Positions 10,015 to 21,935 of a stretch of 64,000 nt of DNA are shown here, piece after piece (position 1 is the stretch's first letter; each line of letters starts with the position of its first letter). The notes beneath the pieces are model-generated. The model was not told where the DNA came from and did no database searches. It saw only the letters and a program-made list of their open reading frames with translations. A program made the position numbers and the translations under genes. Source of the DNA: Ignavibacteriota bacterium (GTDB lineage Bacteria > Bacteroidota > Ignavibacteria > Palsa-1295); the NCBI GenBank assembly GCA_963787835.1, contig CAWBEI010000002.1:1824001-1888000 (forward strand), in the 5' to 3' direction.

Positions 10015-13000
10015 ATGTCCGAATTCATTCATCTCCACAACCACACTTACTATTCGCTCTTAGACGGTGCGTGCAGCATCACGGGCTTGGTCGAGGCTGC
10101 AAAGACGAACGGGATGCGATCCGTTGCGCTGACGGATCATGGTGTGCTCTTCGGCGCGTTCGAGTTTTACAAGACAGCGAAGGCCAATGGCGTCAAGCCC
10201 ATCATCGGGTGTGAAGTGTATTTTGTGAACGATGGTCTTGCAACAGATCGCGAGAGGTTTCAGGATGCCGAAGGCAAGAACAAGGCATACAATCATCTCA
10301 TCTTGCTCGCAAAGAATGAGACAGGCTATCAGAATCTGATGAAGCTTGTTACGCTCGGGCATACCGAGGGTTTTTACTACAAACCTCGCATTGATTTTGA
10401 CATGCTGCAAGAGCATCACGAGGGGCTTATCGCAACAACGGCGTGTGCAGGTGGCATTATAAGCCCGCATTTCATCTCCGGCGATTATGAAAAGGCAAAG
10501 CGCATCGCAACAAAGTTCAAGAATCTGTTCGAGGATGATTTTTATATCGAAATACAGGATCACGGACTTGCTCCGGAAGTGAAAGTGCGTGAAGCCGCGC
10601 CGAGACTTGCGCGGGAACTCGGCATAAAGCTTGTTGCTACGAATGATTGCCACTACATCGAACAGCGACATGCCGTCGCGCATAACGTTCTGCTGCATAT
10701 TCGTGATGCCGGTGGAAAAGATACGCCGGATGTCAACAAACTCAAGTACGGCACCGACCAAAATTATTTCCGCAGTGCGAAGGAGATGCTCAAGCTCTTC
10801 GCCCAATGGCCGGAAGCTATCGAAACGACGCTGGAGATCGAAGAGAAATGCAATGTCTCGTTCTCGAAAGATCTGAAAATGCCTGCATTTCCCATTCCAG
10901 CAGATTCCGGGGCGACGACCCTTGAAGAATATCTCGACCACCTGACGAAAACGGGCCTCGACCGCAGATTCAGCGGCACAATGACCCGCGAGATCGAAGA
11001 GCGTACCGCTTTTGAGCTTGGCGTCATCAACAAGATGGGCTATGCAGGGTATTTCCTCATCGTGCAGGATTTCATTGCCGCCGCAAGGAAGATGGGTGTC
11101 AGTGTTGGCCCAGGACGAGGTTCTGCGGCGGGTTCGCTTGTGGCATACGCGCTTGGCATTACGAATGTCGATCCGATCAAGTATAATCTGCTCTTCGAGC
11201 GCTTCCTGAATCCTGAACGCGTTTCGATGCCCGATATAGACATCGATTTCTCCGACGATAAACGCGAGAAGGTCATCGAGTATGTTCGTGATAAATATGG
11301 CCGGAATTCCGTTGCGCAGATCATTACATTCTCCACGCTTTCGGCTCGTGCGGTTCTAAAGGATGTGGGGCGCGTGCTTGGTGTTCCGCTTGCCACGATC
11401 AACGAGCTGACGAAGAACATTCCCGTCATCATGGGCCGCGTAACGCCGCTTGCAGAGGCTATTGAATTGCCGGAAGTGAAGGCGATCCTGGCGAAGGGCG
11501 ATCCACTGGTTGCTAAGCTTCATCGAGCATTCATTGATCCTGGAAGGCTTCGCACGTTCGGCTTCGAAACATGCGGCGGGCGTGGTGATCGCTCCGAGCG
11601 ATATTTCGAATTACGTTCCGCTCTACAAAACACCATCGCTGGACGACGCTGTTACGCAGTTCAACATGAAGGATGTCGAGGAGGCCGGCCTTCTCAAGAT
11701 GGACTTCCTCGGTCTGCGCACACTTTCCATCATCGACAGCACACTCGCGCTTATCGAGCAAAACCATGGCATCAAGATCGACATCGATCAGATCCCGCTC
11801 GACGATCCCGATGATCCAACAGTGAAGAAGACGTTCGAGCTATTTGGCAGAGGCGATACTATCGGCGTGTTCCAGTTCGATTCGCCGCCCATGCAGAACT
11901 ACATGCGCGCGCTGAAACCCGAGAACATGGAGGATCTTTCTTCCATGAATGCGCTCTACCGTCCCGGCCCAATGGAATTTATTCCTGAGTTCATCGAGCG
12001 CAAACATGGGCGGAAAAAAGTAGAATATCTGCATCCGAAGCTGGAGCCGATCTTAGCAGAAACGTATGGCGTCGTTGTGGTGCAGGAGCAGGTAATGCGT
12101 ATTGCGCGCGATCTCGCGGGATTCTCGCTGGCAAAAGCGGATGAAATGCGCCGCGCGATGGGCAAGAAGGATCTTCACAAGATGGAGGCAATGAAAGAAG
12201 CCTTCATACAAGGGTGCGTTGCGAATGGAATTTCAGACAAGGTCTCGAAAGAATTATTCGATCGGCTTGCGAAATTCGCATCCTATGGATTCAATAAGTC
12301 GCATAGCCTTGCGTATTCGCTTATTAGTTACCAAACGGCGTGGCTGAAAGCGAACTATACGTCAGAGTTCCTCGCGGCGAACATGACGCACGAGATGAAC
12401 GACGCCGATTACGTCGTTCAGCTTATCGACGAGGCAAAGAAATATAATATCCGCACCCTTCCGCCGGATGTGAACCTGAGTTACTCTTATTTTACTGCTA
12501 CGCAGGAAGGCATTCGCTTCTGCCTTGCGGGAATTAAGAGCGTCGGCGAAAAAGCGGTTGATGAGATCGTCCGGGAGCGAGCGAAGAACGGACGGTTCAC
12601 TTCGCTCTTTGATTTTACTTCCCGGCTCGATACACGTTTGGTGAACAAACGCGCCATCGAAGCAATGGTCGAAGCCGGTGCGTTCGATTCCTGTAACGAT
12701 GATAAGCGCGTTACGCCGCGTACCGCTCCGATCTGTTCGAAAATATCGAGCGCGCATTACAGTATGGGCAGAAAGTCCGCGACGAAGCAAAAAGCCCCCA
12801 GGATTCCCTGTTTGGTGGCAGTGACACGAATCAGGTTCCTGCTCCGCCGCCCATCACGGATGCCGTCCATCGCTGGACAGAACTGGAAATGCTCTCCCAT
12901 GAGAAAAAGGCCGTCGGCTATTACATCAGCGGACACCCCCTCGAACCATACCGCATCGACGTAATGAGCTTTGTTACCCATAAAGCGATCGAGATCAACA

Positions 13001-13521
13001 ATACCAAACAAAATGACGTCGTGCTCGTCGGCGGAGTGATCGTCGGGCTGACACGCAAGCTCGACCGGAACGGGAATGCGTTTGCCATCGTAAAATTAGA
13101 AGATTTTACGGGTAAGATCGAGTGCGTATTCTGGAGCGAGGCATTTCGGCAATACCAGCAATTCGTGGTCGATGAAAAACCGCTGTTTCTGCGAGGAAAA
13201 GTGCGTAGGAATGGCCCGGATGAAGCGCCGACGGTGATTGTCGAGGAAGCTTATGAGATCCCTGCAATGCGTAAACGCATGACGCGAGGTGTGCTGGTGC
13301 GCCTCTTCGAAGGCGAGGATGCCAGGCCGACCGTCGAGCAGGTCGAAAAGCTGTGTACGCGGTTTCACGGTACGTGTACCACATTTATATCTGTTGAAAC
13401 AGCGGCTGGTGTTAGCCGTAAATATAGACTGCCGGAAAAATATAAAGTTGAACCGGGCGATGATCTGGTTCGCGAGTTCGGCAAAGTGTTTGGAATGAAC
13501 AGGCTTTTATTTACGAGATAG
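10015..13521 (+). CDS. dnaE: DNA polymerase III alpha subunit (two apparent frameshifts, ~11520 and ~12720)
   Basis: PHP motif HLHNHTYYSLLDG, GPGRGSAAGS, PDIDIDF, HAAGVVI, KMDFLGL, YGFNKSH, C-terminal OB fold; spread over three ORFs. Confidence 0.95.
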
Positions 13522-13529
13522 GTGATATT

Positions 13530-13868
13530 ATGACTACAACTATGACGGGACCCCTCCACCTGACGGACGCAACGTTCGATAAGGATGTTTTAAAGAATGA
13601 TAAACCGGTGCTCGTCGATTTTACTGCGACCTGGTGCGGCCCCTGCCGCATGATCGCCCCGATCATCGAAGAGCTTGCCTCGGAATACGATGGCAAAGCG
13701 ACGATCGGCAAGTTAGATGTCGATGAGAATCCGGAGACTTCCATGAATTTCGGTATTCGCTCCGTTCCGACGCTCCTTATTTTCAAGGGAGGTCAGGTCG
13801 TCGATCAAATTATCGGCGCAACGGGTAAGGAAAAGATTCTTGCCAAGCTTCGGCCGCACATGGCATGA
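13530..13868 (+). CDS. trxA: Thioredoxin
   Basis: WCGPC active site, SVPTL. Confidence 0.97.
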   Translation: MTTTMTGPLHLTDATFDKDVLKNDKPVLVDFTATWCGPCRMIAPIIEELASEYDGKATIGKLDVDENPETSMNFGIRSVPTLLIFKGGQVVDQIIGATGKEKILAKLRPHMA

Positions 13869-13897
13869 TCCGAACCTGGATTACGCGGATAGAAATT

Positions 13898-13932
13898 AAA
13901 GAGGGCGTTTGCAATTGCAAACGCCCTCTTTT
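13898..13932. terminator. Bidirectional intrinsic terminator
   Basis: Perfect 34-bp palindrome AAAGAGGGCGTTTGCAATTGCAAACGCCCTCTTT between convergent genes. Confidence 0.75.
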
Positions 13933-13952
13933 GTTATACACTTTTCGAGAAC

Positions 13953-14097
13953 TGTCATCCTGAGCGGAGTTCGTTTCGACGAAGGAGAAACGAACGGAGT
14001 CGAAGGATCTTTGTCATGCAAGAGATCCTTCGACTTCGCAAAACTCCGCCGCATCGTCGCCGATGCTTCGCTCCGTTTTGCTACGCTCAGGATGACA
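13953..14097. repeat. Nested palindromic REP/MITE-like element
   Basis: Terminal inverted repeat TGTCATCCTGAGCG / CGCTCAGGATGACA; inner AGTCGAAGGATCT / AGATCCTTCGACT. Confidence 0.85.
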
Positions 14098-14123
14098 TGC
14101 ATTCCTGAGCATAGCAATCGTCG

Positions 14124-16441
14124 TCAATGTGTCACTACCAACTTCTTCGTCAGCGTAGCGCCACTGGCTACCACTCGGAGGTAGTACGTTCCCGGCGGGA
14201 GTTGGCTGACGTCAAGCGTGTAATCATGATCGCCAGCCGGGATGGTGCCATTCATCACAGTCATGCTGGTGCGCCCGAGGACATCGAGGAGCGTCATCTG
14301 CACCCGGTCGAACGTGCCGGTCGTAAGAACGATCTGCGCTTCCTGATTCATCGGGTTCGGGACGACGGAGACATCCAGAGATTGCGGTACGCTCGATGGC
14401 GAAACACCAGCAGTCGAGCAGGATATGGTTTGCGTTTTCGGACAGGTTGACCCGTTCGAATATGTCGATACCTGTACGCTGGAAGATTTCGATCCACCGG
14501 TATTATATTCAACATAGAATCTCTGGGATAGTCCTGGCGTGAGAGAGCCGGTAAATACTACGCTGCTTCCTCCGGGCAGAATGCTTTGCGCCCACAAGGT
14601 CGGGGGAATGGCCGATGCGATAGTCCAGCCGCCTGATGGAGTAACAACCACGCTGTCGATCTCGGCGCCGCCTTGCCGTAAGTTCAGGACAACGATCGTA
14701 TCCGAGCAAAATGAAGTATCTACGATATGACGAATAGAATCACACACCAACGGCGGACTGCAACCGGGTACGTTAAGTGTATAGGCCGTTTGCACCTCGT
14801 TGTGATTTTGCGGAGTCGATCGGGGTCCATGAAAGCGTCCAGGACGCATTGATCTGGGCGGGATCGATGCAGAAATGGATCGTATCGTAGCTGCCGGTTC
14901 TTAGGTAACCGCTGGCTCCGGAAAGATTCGTGAAACGCAGGGTGTTATTTCCAGGTGCGGAGGGCGACCACCCGTCGCTCGCGGAGTAACACGATGCCCC
15001 GGGCAGGGAATGTTCCTGAGGTCAGAGGCATCTGTAAGGAGATCGCGTTAATGCTCGACGTTGGATGGGTATGCGCGTTCTTTACGCGTAGCGTGTAAGA
15101 ACAATCCGAACCGACGTCGATCCACGATGAGTCAGGCTGGGTACTGCTGCAGGAAATGGTATCGGTGCCGCTCGATAAAAATGTAGAGGCCGTTGTACCC
15201 GTAGAATCCGTCCATTTAACGAATACATTTTCACCGGGATTTGGGTCAGAGATCGAAGCTCCCAGCGTCCATATCGTCCCACCTTGTTGGGCATACTGCG
15301 GATCGGTCATATATCTGGGGACCTCAAAGAAATGAAGGGTGTCCGTTCCCACGCCGCTGTACTGCCATGTTCCTGTAATGGCCTGTGGTGGCAGCGTAGC
15401 TGAAGCCCATGTTACACCGGGATTGGTAATGATAAAATTCCAGCTCGTGACCGTCGATACGCTGTCGCCAGCATCGCCGCTGTGATAATTCTTTGCATTC
15501 ATCCCAAAACCGCACTCGCCAGTGTTGACGAAAGTCAAACTGTCAGCATTGGTGCCGTCAGAACAGGCTTGTGGGGTAACAGGAAGATTCCGTGTCGTAT
15601 CTCGGTCGATAGTGGCACCGCAGCTATAGGCGGTCCACACGAATGAGAATGAATCGACATTGGGATTTGCGCGAATAGTGACGAGAAACCCGCTAAGATT
15701 GCCTTTATATGGTATTTGGTACGAACTTCCGCAGGGTGTACTGAAATAAGCAGCGGATTGTGTTACCGAATCGACCCCCCATCCCGTTGGCGGCTGAATT
15801 TCTGAAGGCAGCATAGAGCCAGCGGTTGAGCCAACCAATTCGAATTTCATATTCGTAATCGTTTGTTGGACCCCGTTATTATTGAACACATTTAAATTAA
15901 ACCGTGGGCTGCATCCAAGCGTAGAGACGGTACCACCAACGGAATCGAACGAGCAGTTACCTTGAAATAGTGTGGGAATGACCACAAAGGTCATCTGATT
16001 CACAACCATCCCACCGGCAAGCGTCGTAAGATGAATAGTTAAAGGATGATCGAATCGATCGTAGGGAAATGGAGTTCCTCCCAAGCCACCTAATAGAAAG
16101 TAGAAGCCGGTGTCATTGATCCCCGGTGCAATACCTCCTCCGTTTAGAGGTGCAAATATAAGACTGTCGTTGAGACTGTCGGTAGTATTATCCCAGCCGT
16201 CTTTCTCAGCCGCGCAACACTCAGAGGCGCCTGCAAATCCAACGCTATCTGACGGATCGATCCAAAGTATAATTTCATTAACGAATTCATTATGCCAATT
16301 TAGATACCCAAAATCCCAGCCCGGATCGCTGTAGCAATCCGGAGAGATGAACAGCGTATCGGATTTCTGCGCGCTGGCCATTCGGGGCGCAATGAGGGAG
16401 AGGGTCAGAAGAAGGAGTGGGATGATCCGTGCAGGCTTCAT
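14124..16441 (-). CDS. Secreted beta-rich protein with T9SS type A C-terminal sorting domain (several frameshifts at ~14800-15000)
   Basis: Signal peptide MKPARIIPLLLLTL...ASAQ; C-terminus VVPNP...LLDVLGR...LDVSQLPPGTYYLRV...TKKLVVTH. Confidence 0.85.
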
Positions 16442-16662
16442 GGTAGTTAAGCAATAAGGATAAAACGCATCAATGGAAACAATGCAATGGAGATGCTCAT
16501 TATTAAACAATCCGTCGAGATAGGAATTGTTACACCTCCATTCGCAAAAATAAGAGATTCTTACGAGACGATTAACGAATCTACAATAATCTAACTATGA
16601 TCGGCCCGTTTCCGCTCCCGATGCTTAAGGGCGGTGACTGGTCACCGTGACCATGGCAGTTT

Positions 16663-18403
16663 CTACTTCTTCTGCCACCAACGAAGATCTATGATGGGGA
16701 AGGGTCGGTCTGTGCCCCTAACTTCCTGTAGAAAATTAGAATCAGCTTCTTGAAGAACCTTGGCTGCATCGAAGTTCTCGACAATATTCAGCAACCGCTC
16801 AAGAATTTCAGCATGTTCGGCAAAGCGCATTTTGGAATACTCTATCGCGCCTTGAGTGGATATCACGAACGGCCAGTCGCTGGATTCCAGCAACAATAGT
16901 TCGCGGGCTGCTTGCTTCATAATTTGGGATAGTGCCGGAATATCTCCCCAAATTCTGGAATGAAGGATTTTCAGGAACCGGTCTTCGAGCGGGTAGATGA
17001 CATCCCACATCCAGGCCACTTCGTGGTTCGTCCAGACGAAATGATGTCCGCCTTCGCCCCAGGATCCTTCCGGCAGAGAAATAGTGACCCGTGGGGCGGA
17101 GTAGGTGTCCAGGGCTTCGGCACAGTCTATAAGCTTGATCTCATCTTCTGAAGACATCAGCCGCATGACTTTTTCTATAAATCGGGGTCCTTCGTACCAC
17201 CAATGTCCGAATAGTTCCGTGTCGAACGGTGCGGCGAGAATGCCGGGAGCGTTATGCTTGCCGGCATGATCTGCGAGTTCGGTTCGAACGGCGAACAAAA
17301 TCCTTTGCATCGAGATCCAACTGCCGTTCTGTTTCCTCCGGCAGATAGGGAAGTTTATCGGCAAGGTCGGCGCGGACTCCGGTAACTTTCCAATAGCGCA
17401 GACCGGAATTATGATGCTTCTTATGAAAATCGAGGTACATCCCGGCACCGGGATACCCCATATCTGCTGCCCATACGCGCGAGGCGCTCTGCGGGTCTCG
17501 TGAGAATACGGCAGGGGAGCGTGTTGCTGTATTGGTGGCAGCTCTCGAAGAATCTACCCAATAAATATCTGTGAGGGAACGGTTCGGATCGTTCTGGAGC
17601 AGCGGCTCACCATCGGCGCCGGTCTCAGCGAGATACTGCTGATGAATGCGTTCTCCTAAGGGCTGGTAGGCCGGGATCGTTATTCCGCCGCGCGTTAGCG
17701 ATCCATCGACCACAAAATATTCCAGTCCTGCTTCAGCGACTAATTCTTCGACACCCGCGCGCATTTCGCTCGAATGCCTGTACGCTTCCGGCCCTACCGG
17801 TGGCGACCAGTTGTATCGCGGGCGGTAGCCACACTCCGGCAGCCAGATCCCGCGCGGACGCTTACCGAAATGCTGCTCATGCGTCTCGATGGCGCAGTTG
17901 ATCTGCCCGCGAATACTATCGTCGCGAAGCAAAAGCGGAAAATACCCATGCGTTGCGCCGCAGGTCATGGCGTCGAGCACGCCGCTGTCCGATAACCGCC
18001 GGAACCCGGAAACGATGTTGCATTGATATTTTTCAACGAACAGCTTTTTCGTGGTTGAGTAAAATTCCCTCCAGTATTCTGCAAGCGGCTGCAGATGCTG
18101 TTCGCCTTGTTTTGCGAAATAAAGGTAATCTTGTTCCGCGGCCTCGATCTTTTCATGGCAATACTCGATGAACACGGTCGCAAAATCCGGATCGGCTAAT
18201 TGTTCGAGATCGATGGGCGAAAAATCCATCGAGATTTTAGGTGACAGACCCTCGGCCTGAAGACGTTCGAGAACACCTAAGATCGGGATGTAGCACTCCG
18301 CCGCAGCTTCCGAAAGCCAATCGGAGCCGTGCGGCCATTTCCCGTGATGCAGCACATAGGGAAGATGGGTGTGAAGGATAAATGTGAACGATCCGAGAAC
18401 CAC
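16663..18403 (-). CDS. GH57 1,4-alpha-glucan branching enzyme with DUF1957 domain (frameshift ~17293)
   Basis: LHTHLPYV, WLPECGY, PFDTELFGHWWYEG, RELLLLESSDWPF. Confidence 0.92.
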
Positions 18404-18663
18404 GGTTTACTTGATTTTGAGGATTAAGGCAGGATGGATTGGAGGGATAACAATGAATGAAGGTGAAGTATCAAATATGAAAACGTTATCGCACGATTTT
18501 TATTTGTCATTCCCGCAAAAGTGGGAATCCAGGTTTGGATTGTCGCGAAGTTTGGCTCTGGATTCCCGCTTTCGCGGGAATGACACTGCAACTCAGACAA
18601 CTAATCCTCGTAGTAATCTTAAAATCCATCCTGCTTAATCCGCAAAATCCAGTAAATCGTGGT
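18399..18663. repeat. Inverted repeat pair (~42 bp arms at 18399-18440 and 18623-18663) containing the GTG starts of both divergent genes
   Basis: aatccatcctgccttaatcctcaaaatcaagtaaaccGTGGT (minus strand) versus aatccatcctgc-ttaatccgcaaaatccagtaaatcGTGGT (plus strand). Confidence 0.8.
18505..18585. repeat. dRS3/RPE-like palindromic element
   Basis: TGTCATTCCCGCAAAAGTGGGAATCCAG ... CTGGATTCCCGCTTTCGCGGGAATGACA. Confidence 0.85.
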
Positions 18664-19045
18664 CAAGAAAACACCAGAAGAATGGCAGAGGGAGTTAACT
18701 CCTGAACAATATCGCGTAATGCGCGAAAAGGGTACCGAGCGTCCGTATAGCGGCGAGTATGAATCGTTCTGGGAGGACGGTATCTATAAATGCGGAGCCT
18801 GCGGCGCACCGCTCTTCGAGAGCGAAACGAAATTCGATGCCGGCTGCGGCTGGCCCAGTTTTTACGCGCCGAAAGCCAACGCCCAAATCGAGGAGCATAA
18901 AGATCGCTCGCTTGGCATGACACGCACCGAAGTGACCTGCGCCAATTGTGGTGCGCACTTAGGTCATGTTTTCAACGATGGTCCCGCGCCGACCGGTCTG
19001 CGCTATTGCATTAACTCCGTTTCGCTCGATTTTGAGAAGAAGTAA
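18659..19045 (+). CDS. msrB: Peptide-methionine (R)-S-oxide reductase
   Basis: GTERP, two CxxC zinc motifs, GCGWPSF, HLGHVF, RYCINS. Confidence 0.97.
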   Translation: MVKKTPEEWQRELTPEQYRVMREKGTERPYSGEYESFWEDGIYKCGACGAPLFESETKFDAGCGWPSFYAPKANAQIEEHKDRSLGMTRTEVTCANCGAHLGHVFNDGPAPTGLRYCINSVSLDFEKK

Positions 19046-19052
19046 GAGAAGC

Positions 19053-19772
19053 CTACTTTAAGACATACCGAATTACGAAACTGTGATCGGAATTTCCCAT
19101 CATCTTAGTGATGGGTTCGCGGGCGCCGGGGGTACGTTGTTCGACCACTTCACCCAGCGATGGTGCGAAAGAGACAGTGCCATTGCCAAATGTGCTGGTG
19201 TCAGAAATAATTTTTCCAGCTAAGTTATATGACAGAATTGAACTCCCGCTCGAATTAATGTTTTGTTCCGAAAACTGCTTGCCCTCGATAGTGATTGAGC
19301 CTTGTCCGGCACCCGTATATTTTTCGGTGAATTGTAAGCTCTGACCTTGGAATGATGTATCAATACCAAAGGTGGTTGGTTGCTGGGAAGCAAATGGGAA
19401 GGTGATCCAGCCGTTCGATAAGCTAAGTCCACCCACATTAGAAGCGGCGTAAGAGCTTACATCGCCATCGGATTCATAATGGATGTACCCGGTATCGGTT
19501 ACAGATCCATCCGCACTGTCGATGAGTTCTATAACATTCGTTTTGCCAAATATTGAGAGCCCGGTCTGGAAAAATGTTTCAACAGAGGTATCCGTAGAGA
19601 CAATGGCACCCGTTGAATCGATCGATACATCTACCGTGACAAAATAGGAGCCTGGATTGGGGACTACGACCGTTTCAGATGACCCTGGCGATGTCGAAGA
19701 TGATTTACAGCCCGCAAATGCTATGATAGCTACCAGAAAAAGGGAAAAATAAGATATAACGCGCATATTCAT
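19053..19772 (-). CDS. Hypothetical lipoprotein
   Basis: Lipobox FAGC followed by Ser/Thr-rich linker; beta-rich body. Confidence 0.65.
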   Translation of the reverse strand: MNMRVISYFSLFLVAIIAFAGCKSSSTSPGSSETVVVPNPGSYFVTVDVSIDSTGAIVSTDTSVETFFQTGLSIFGKTNVIELIDSADGSVTDTGYIHYESDGDVSSYAASNVGGLSLSNGWITFPFASQQPTTFGIDTSFQGQSLQFTEKYTGAGQGSITIEGKQFSEQNINSSGSSILSYNLAGKIISDTSTFGNGTVSFAPSLGEVVEQRTPGAREPITKMMGNSDHSFVIRYVLK

Positions 19773-19900
19773 ATTGAGAATGATTTAATGAGCCACAAAG
19801 ATACGATAATTTGGATGGGTGGGCCAATAAATGTGACTCCTCCCAGACCGGACTTCACTATTGCATCAATTCCGTTTCGCCTGATTTTGAGAAGGAGTAG

Positions 19901-20434
19901 CTACGCCGCAAATTGCAATTGATAGAACGAGCCGCTCGTGACGGTCACGCTGTCGGAAGGGCTGTGAGCTTTGTGCCCAACGAATTGAAACTGGCCGCTG
20001 ATGAGAAATTTCGTTGTATCGTAAGAAGTAATAGTTACGAAGCCGGAATAAATTCGATTAAGTGTCGGAATCGTAAGGTAAGATCTTGAGGTATCCGGTG
20101 TTCCGGACGAGGAGTACATCGCGAAATTACCAGTCGTCTTGCCTAAAGAATCTGTGCCAACGGATCCAAACCTAAGGGTTGGGAGCATAATTGTGATCTC
20201 TGAAGAATCCGCCGCAATGCCGATTATGGTAACGATGCTATCAGCGCGGCGTATTGCATACGCGCTGGCATAAATTCCATTCATAGCGGATGACCACGAT
20301 GCTCCATCAACAGTTGCGAGCATCGTGTGTGGTGTCTGTGTCGAGCTGGGTGCGGTGCTCGTCGAGGAACTACAGCTGGCAAAGAATGCTGTGATGAAAA
20401 ACAGAGCAATGTTTCGAAGAGTGTTGTTTGACAT
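19901..20434 (-). CDS. Hypothetical lipoprotein
   Basis: Lipobox FASC; MLATVDGASW...VTITSYDT...ISGQFQF...VTSGSF, a pattern typical of Bacteroidota lipoproteins. Confidence 0.65.
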   Translation of the reverse strand: MSNNTLRNIALFFITAFFASCSSSTSTAPSSTQTPHTMLATVDGASWSSAMNGIYASAYAIRRADSIVTIIGIAADSSEITIMLPTLRFGSVGTDSLGKTTGNFAMYSSSGTPDTSRSYLTIPTLNRIYSGFVTITSYDTTKFLISGQFQFVGHKAHSPSDSVTVTSGSFYQLQFAA

Positions 20435-20525
20435 GCTTTTCTGAGTAAGTTAAAAATGATGCTTCGTGGTTGGATGGGAATACAGATAGGCCTTCCATCA
20501 AGCAAATAATTCCAGATCCTCGAAT

Positions 20526-21071
20526 TTATTCATCGGCTGTTATCAGCGCCAACACATCATCGTTTGGCAGTGCAAGCTTGCCATGCAGGAACGATAGCTC
20601 GATCAGGAATGCGAATCCCTCGACGGTTCCGCCCAGTCTATTTATCAGCCGTTTCGCGGCAGAAGCTGTGCCGCCGGTCGCCAGCAGATCATCTACAATA
20701 ATAACGCGGTTGCCGGGTACGATGGCATCGGTATGGATCTCCATCGAATTTTTTCCATATTCCAGATTGTATTCTTCGTGGATGGTCTGGTAGGGAAGTT
20801 TTCCGAGTTTGCGTACCGGCACGAAGGGTAATTCCATTTCCAGGGCAAGCGGCATTCCGAAGACAAATCCACGAGATTCGATACCCACAATCGCGTCCGG
20901 CCGCTTGGGGATCGAGTATTCGATAAATCGGTCGATGATCTGGCGCATTGCTTCGGGACTGGAGAGCACGGGTGTGATGTCCTTGAACACGATTCCGTGG
21001 CGCGGGAAATCGGGAACATCGCGAATGAGCTGGGCGGCAAGAAGTCTGTCTTTTGTGGTTGATTCTTCCAT
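20526..21071 (-). CDS. apt: Adenine phosphoribosyltransferase
   Basis: VPDFP..GIVFKDITP, GIESRGF, VRKLGKLP, VDDLLATGGT. Confidence 0.97.
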   Translation of the reverse strand: MEESTTKDRLLAAQLIRDVPDFPRHGIVFKDITPVLSSPEAMRQIIDRFIEYSIPKRPDAIVGIESRGFVFGMPLALEMELPFVPVRKLGKLPYQTIHEEYNLEYGKNSMEIHTDAIVPGNRVIIVDDLLATGGTASAAKRLINRLGGTVEGFAFLIELSFLHGKLALPNDDVLALITADE

Positions 21072-21123
21072 TGTTTGTAATTTTGTAGTACGAAAATACG
21101 ACTTTATAATTCGACTTTAGAAT

Positions 21124-21846
21124 ATGGAACAGAAAAGACTGAAGCTTTTAGGCAGTGAAGAGATCGCTCACGACACGTATGCATTTCATCTCGAACGGCC
21201 GCATGGTTTTGAATATGAATCCGGGCAAACGATCGATCTCTATCTAATCGATCCACCGGAAATGGACGATGAAGGCCCGGTGCGTACTTTTTCTTTGGTC
21301 AGCGCTCCGCATGATCCGGAGCTGATGGTAGCTACACGCATGCGAGACACCGCATTCAAGCGTGCGTTGAAGAACGCCGAACCGGGCATGGAGTTCGCGT
21401 GGGATGGTCCCTATGGTTCGTTCATTCTGCATAAGAGTGCCACAAAGCCTGCCATCATGATGGCGGGTGGGATCGGTATTACACCCTTCATCAGCATGGT
21501 AAAAACGGCAATGCATCAGCGACTTCACCATCAGATCTATGTATTCCATTCCAATCACACGCCGGAAGATGCTCCGTTTCTTGATGAACTGACTGCCATC
21601 TCGCATTCCACGCCGAACGTCTTATACATTCCAACTATGACAGACATGAATACATCATTGCATCAATGGGATGGTGAGAAAGGCTTTGTCAATCGGGATT
21701 TATTAGAGCGTCATGTCGGCGATCTTTCCACGCCGATCTACTACATTGCTGGTCCAGCAGGTTTCGTCAATGGGATGCGTAAGATGCTCGTCGAGGCCAC
21801 GGTGGATGAGGACAATATTCGCTTCGAGGAATTTCCGGGATATTGA
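21124..21846 (+). CDS. Ferredoxin-NADP reductase-like FAD/NAD(P)-binding oxidoreductase
   Basis: RTFSLVS, GPYGSF, AGGIGITP, YIAGP, EEFPGY. Confidence 0.85.
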   Translation: MEQKRLKLLGSEEIAHDTYAFHLERPHGFEYESGQTIDLYLIDPPEMDDEGPVRTFSLVSAPHDPELMVATRMRDTAFKRALKNAEPGMEFAWDGPYGSFILHKSATKPAIMMAGGIGITPFISMVKTAMHQRLHHQIYVFHSNHTPEDAPFLDELTAISHSTPNVLYIPTMTDMNTSLHQWDGEKGFVNRDLLERHVGDLSTPIYYIAGPAGFVNGMRKMLVEATVDEDNIRFEEFPGY

Positions 21847-21935
21847 GGTTTTCTGTTTACTCTGAATTATCTTGCTTGAATATCGTTATTAACACATATC
21901 CAATCTCCTCGGCTGTCCAACAGAAATAATCCTAT

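Noticed and set aside
10015-13521. Split or programmed-frameshift dnaE
   Set aside because: No intein motifs or slippery sites; the breaks are single-base indels like those in many neighbouring genes.
8077-18638. Short ORFs over the palindromic elements (8077-8280, 13896-14117, 13909-14184, 18384-18638)
   Set aside because: They are translations of REP-like repeats with no coding features.
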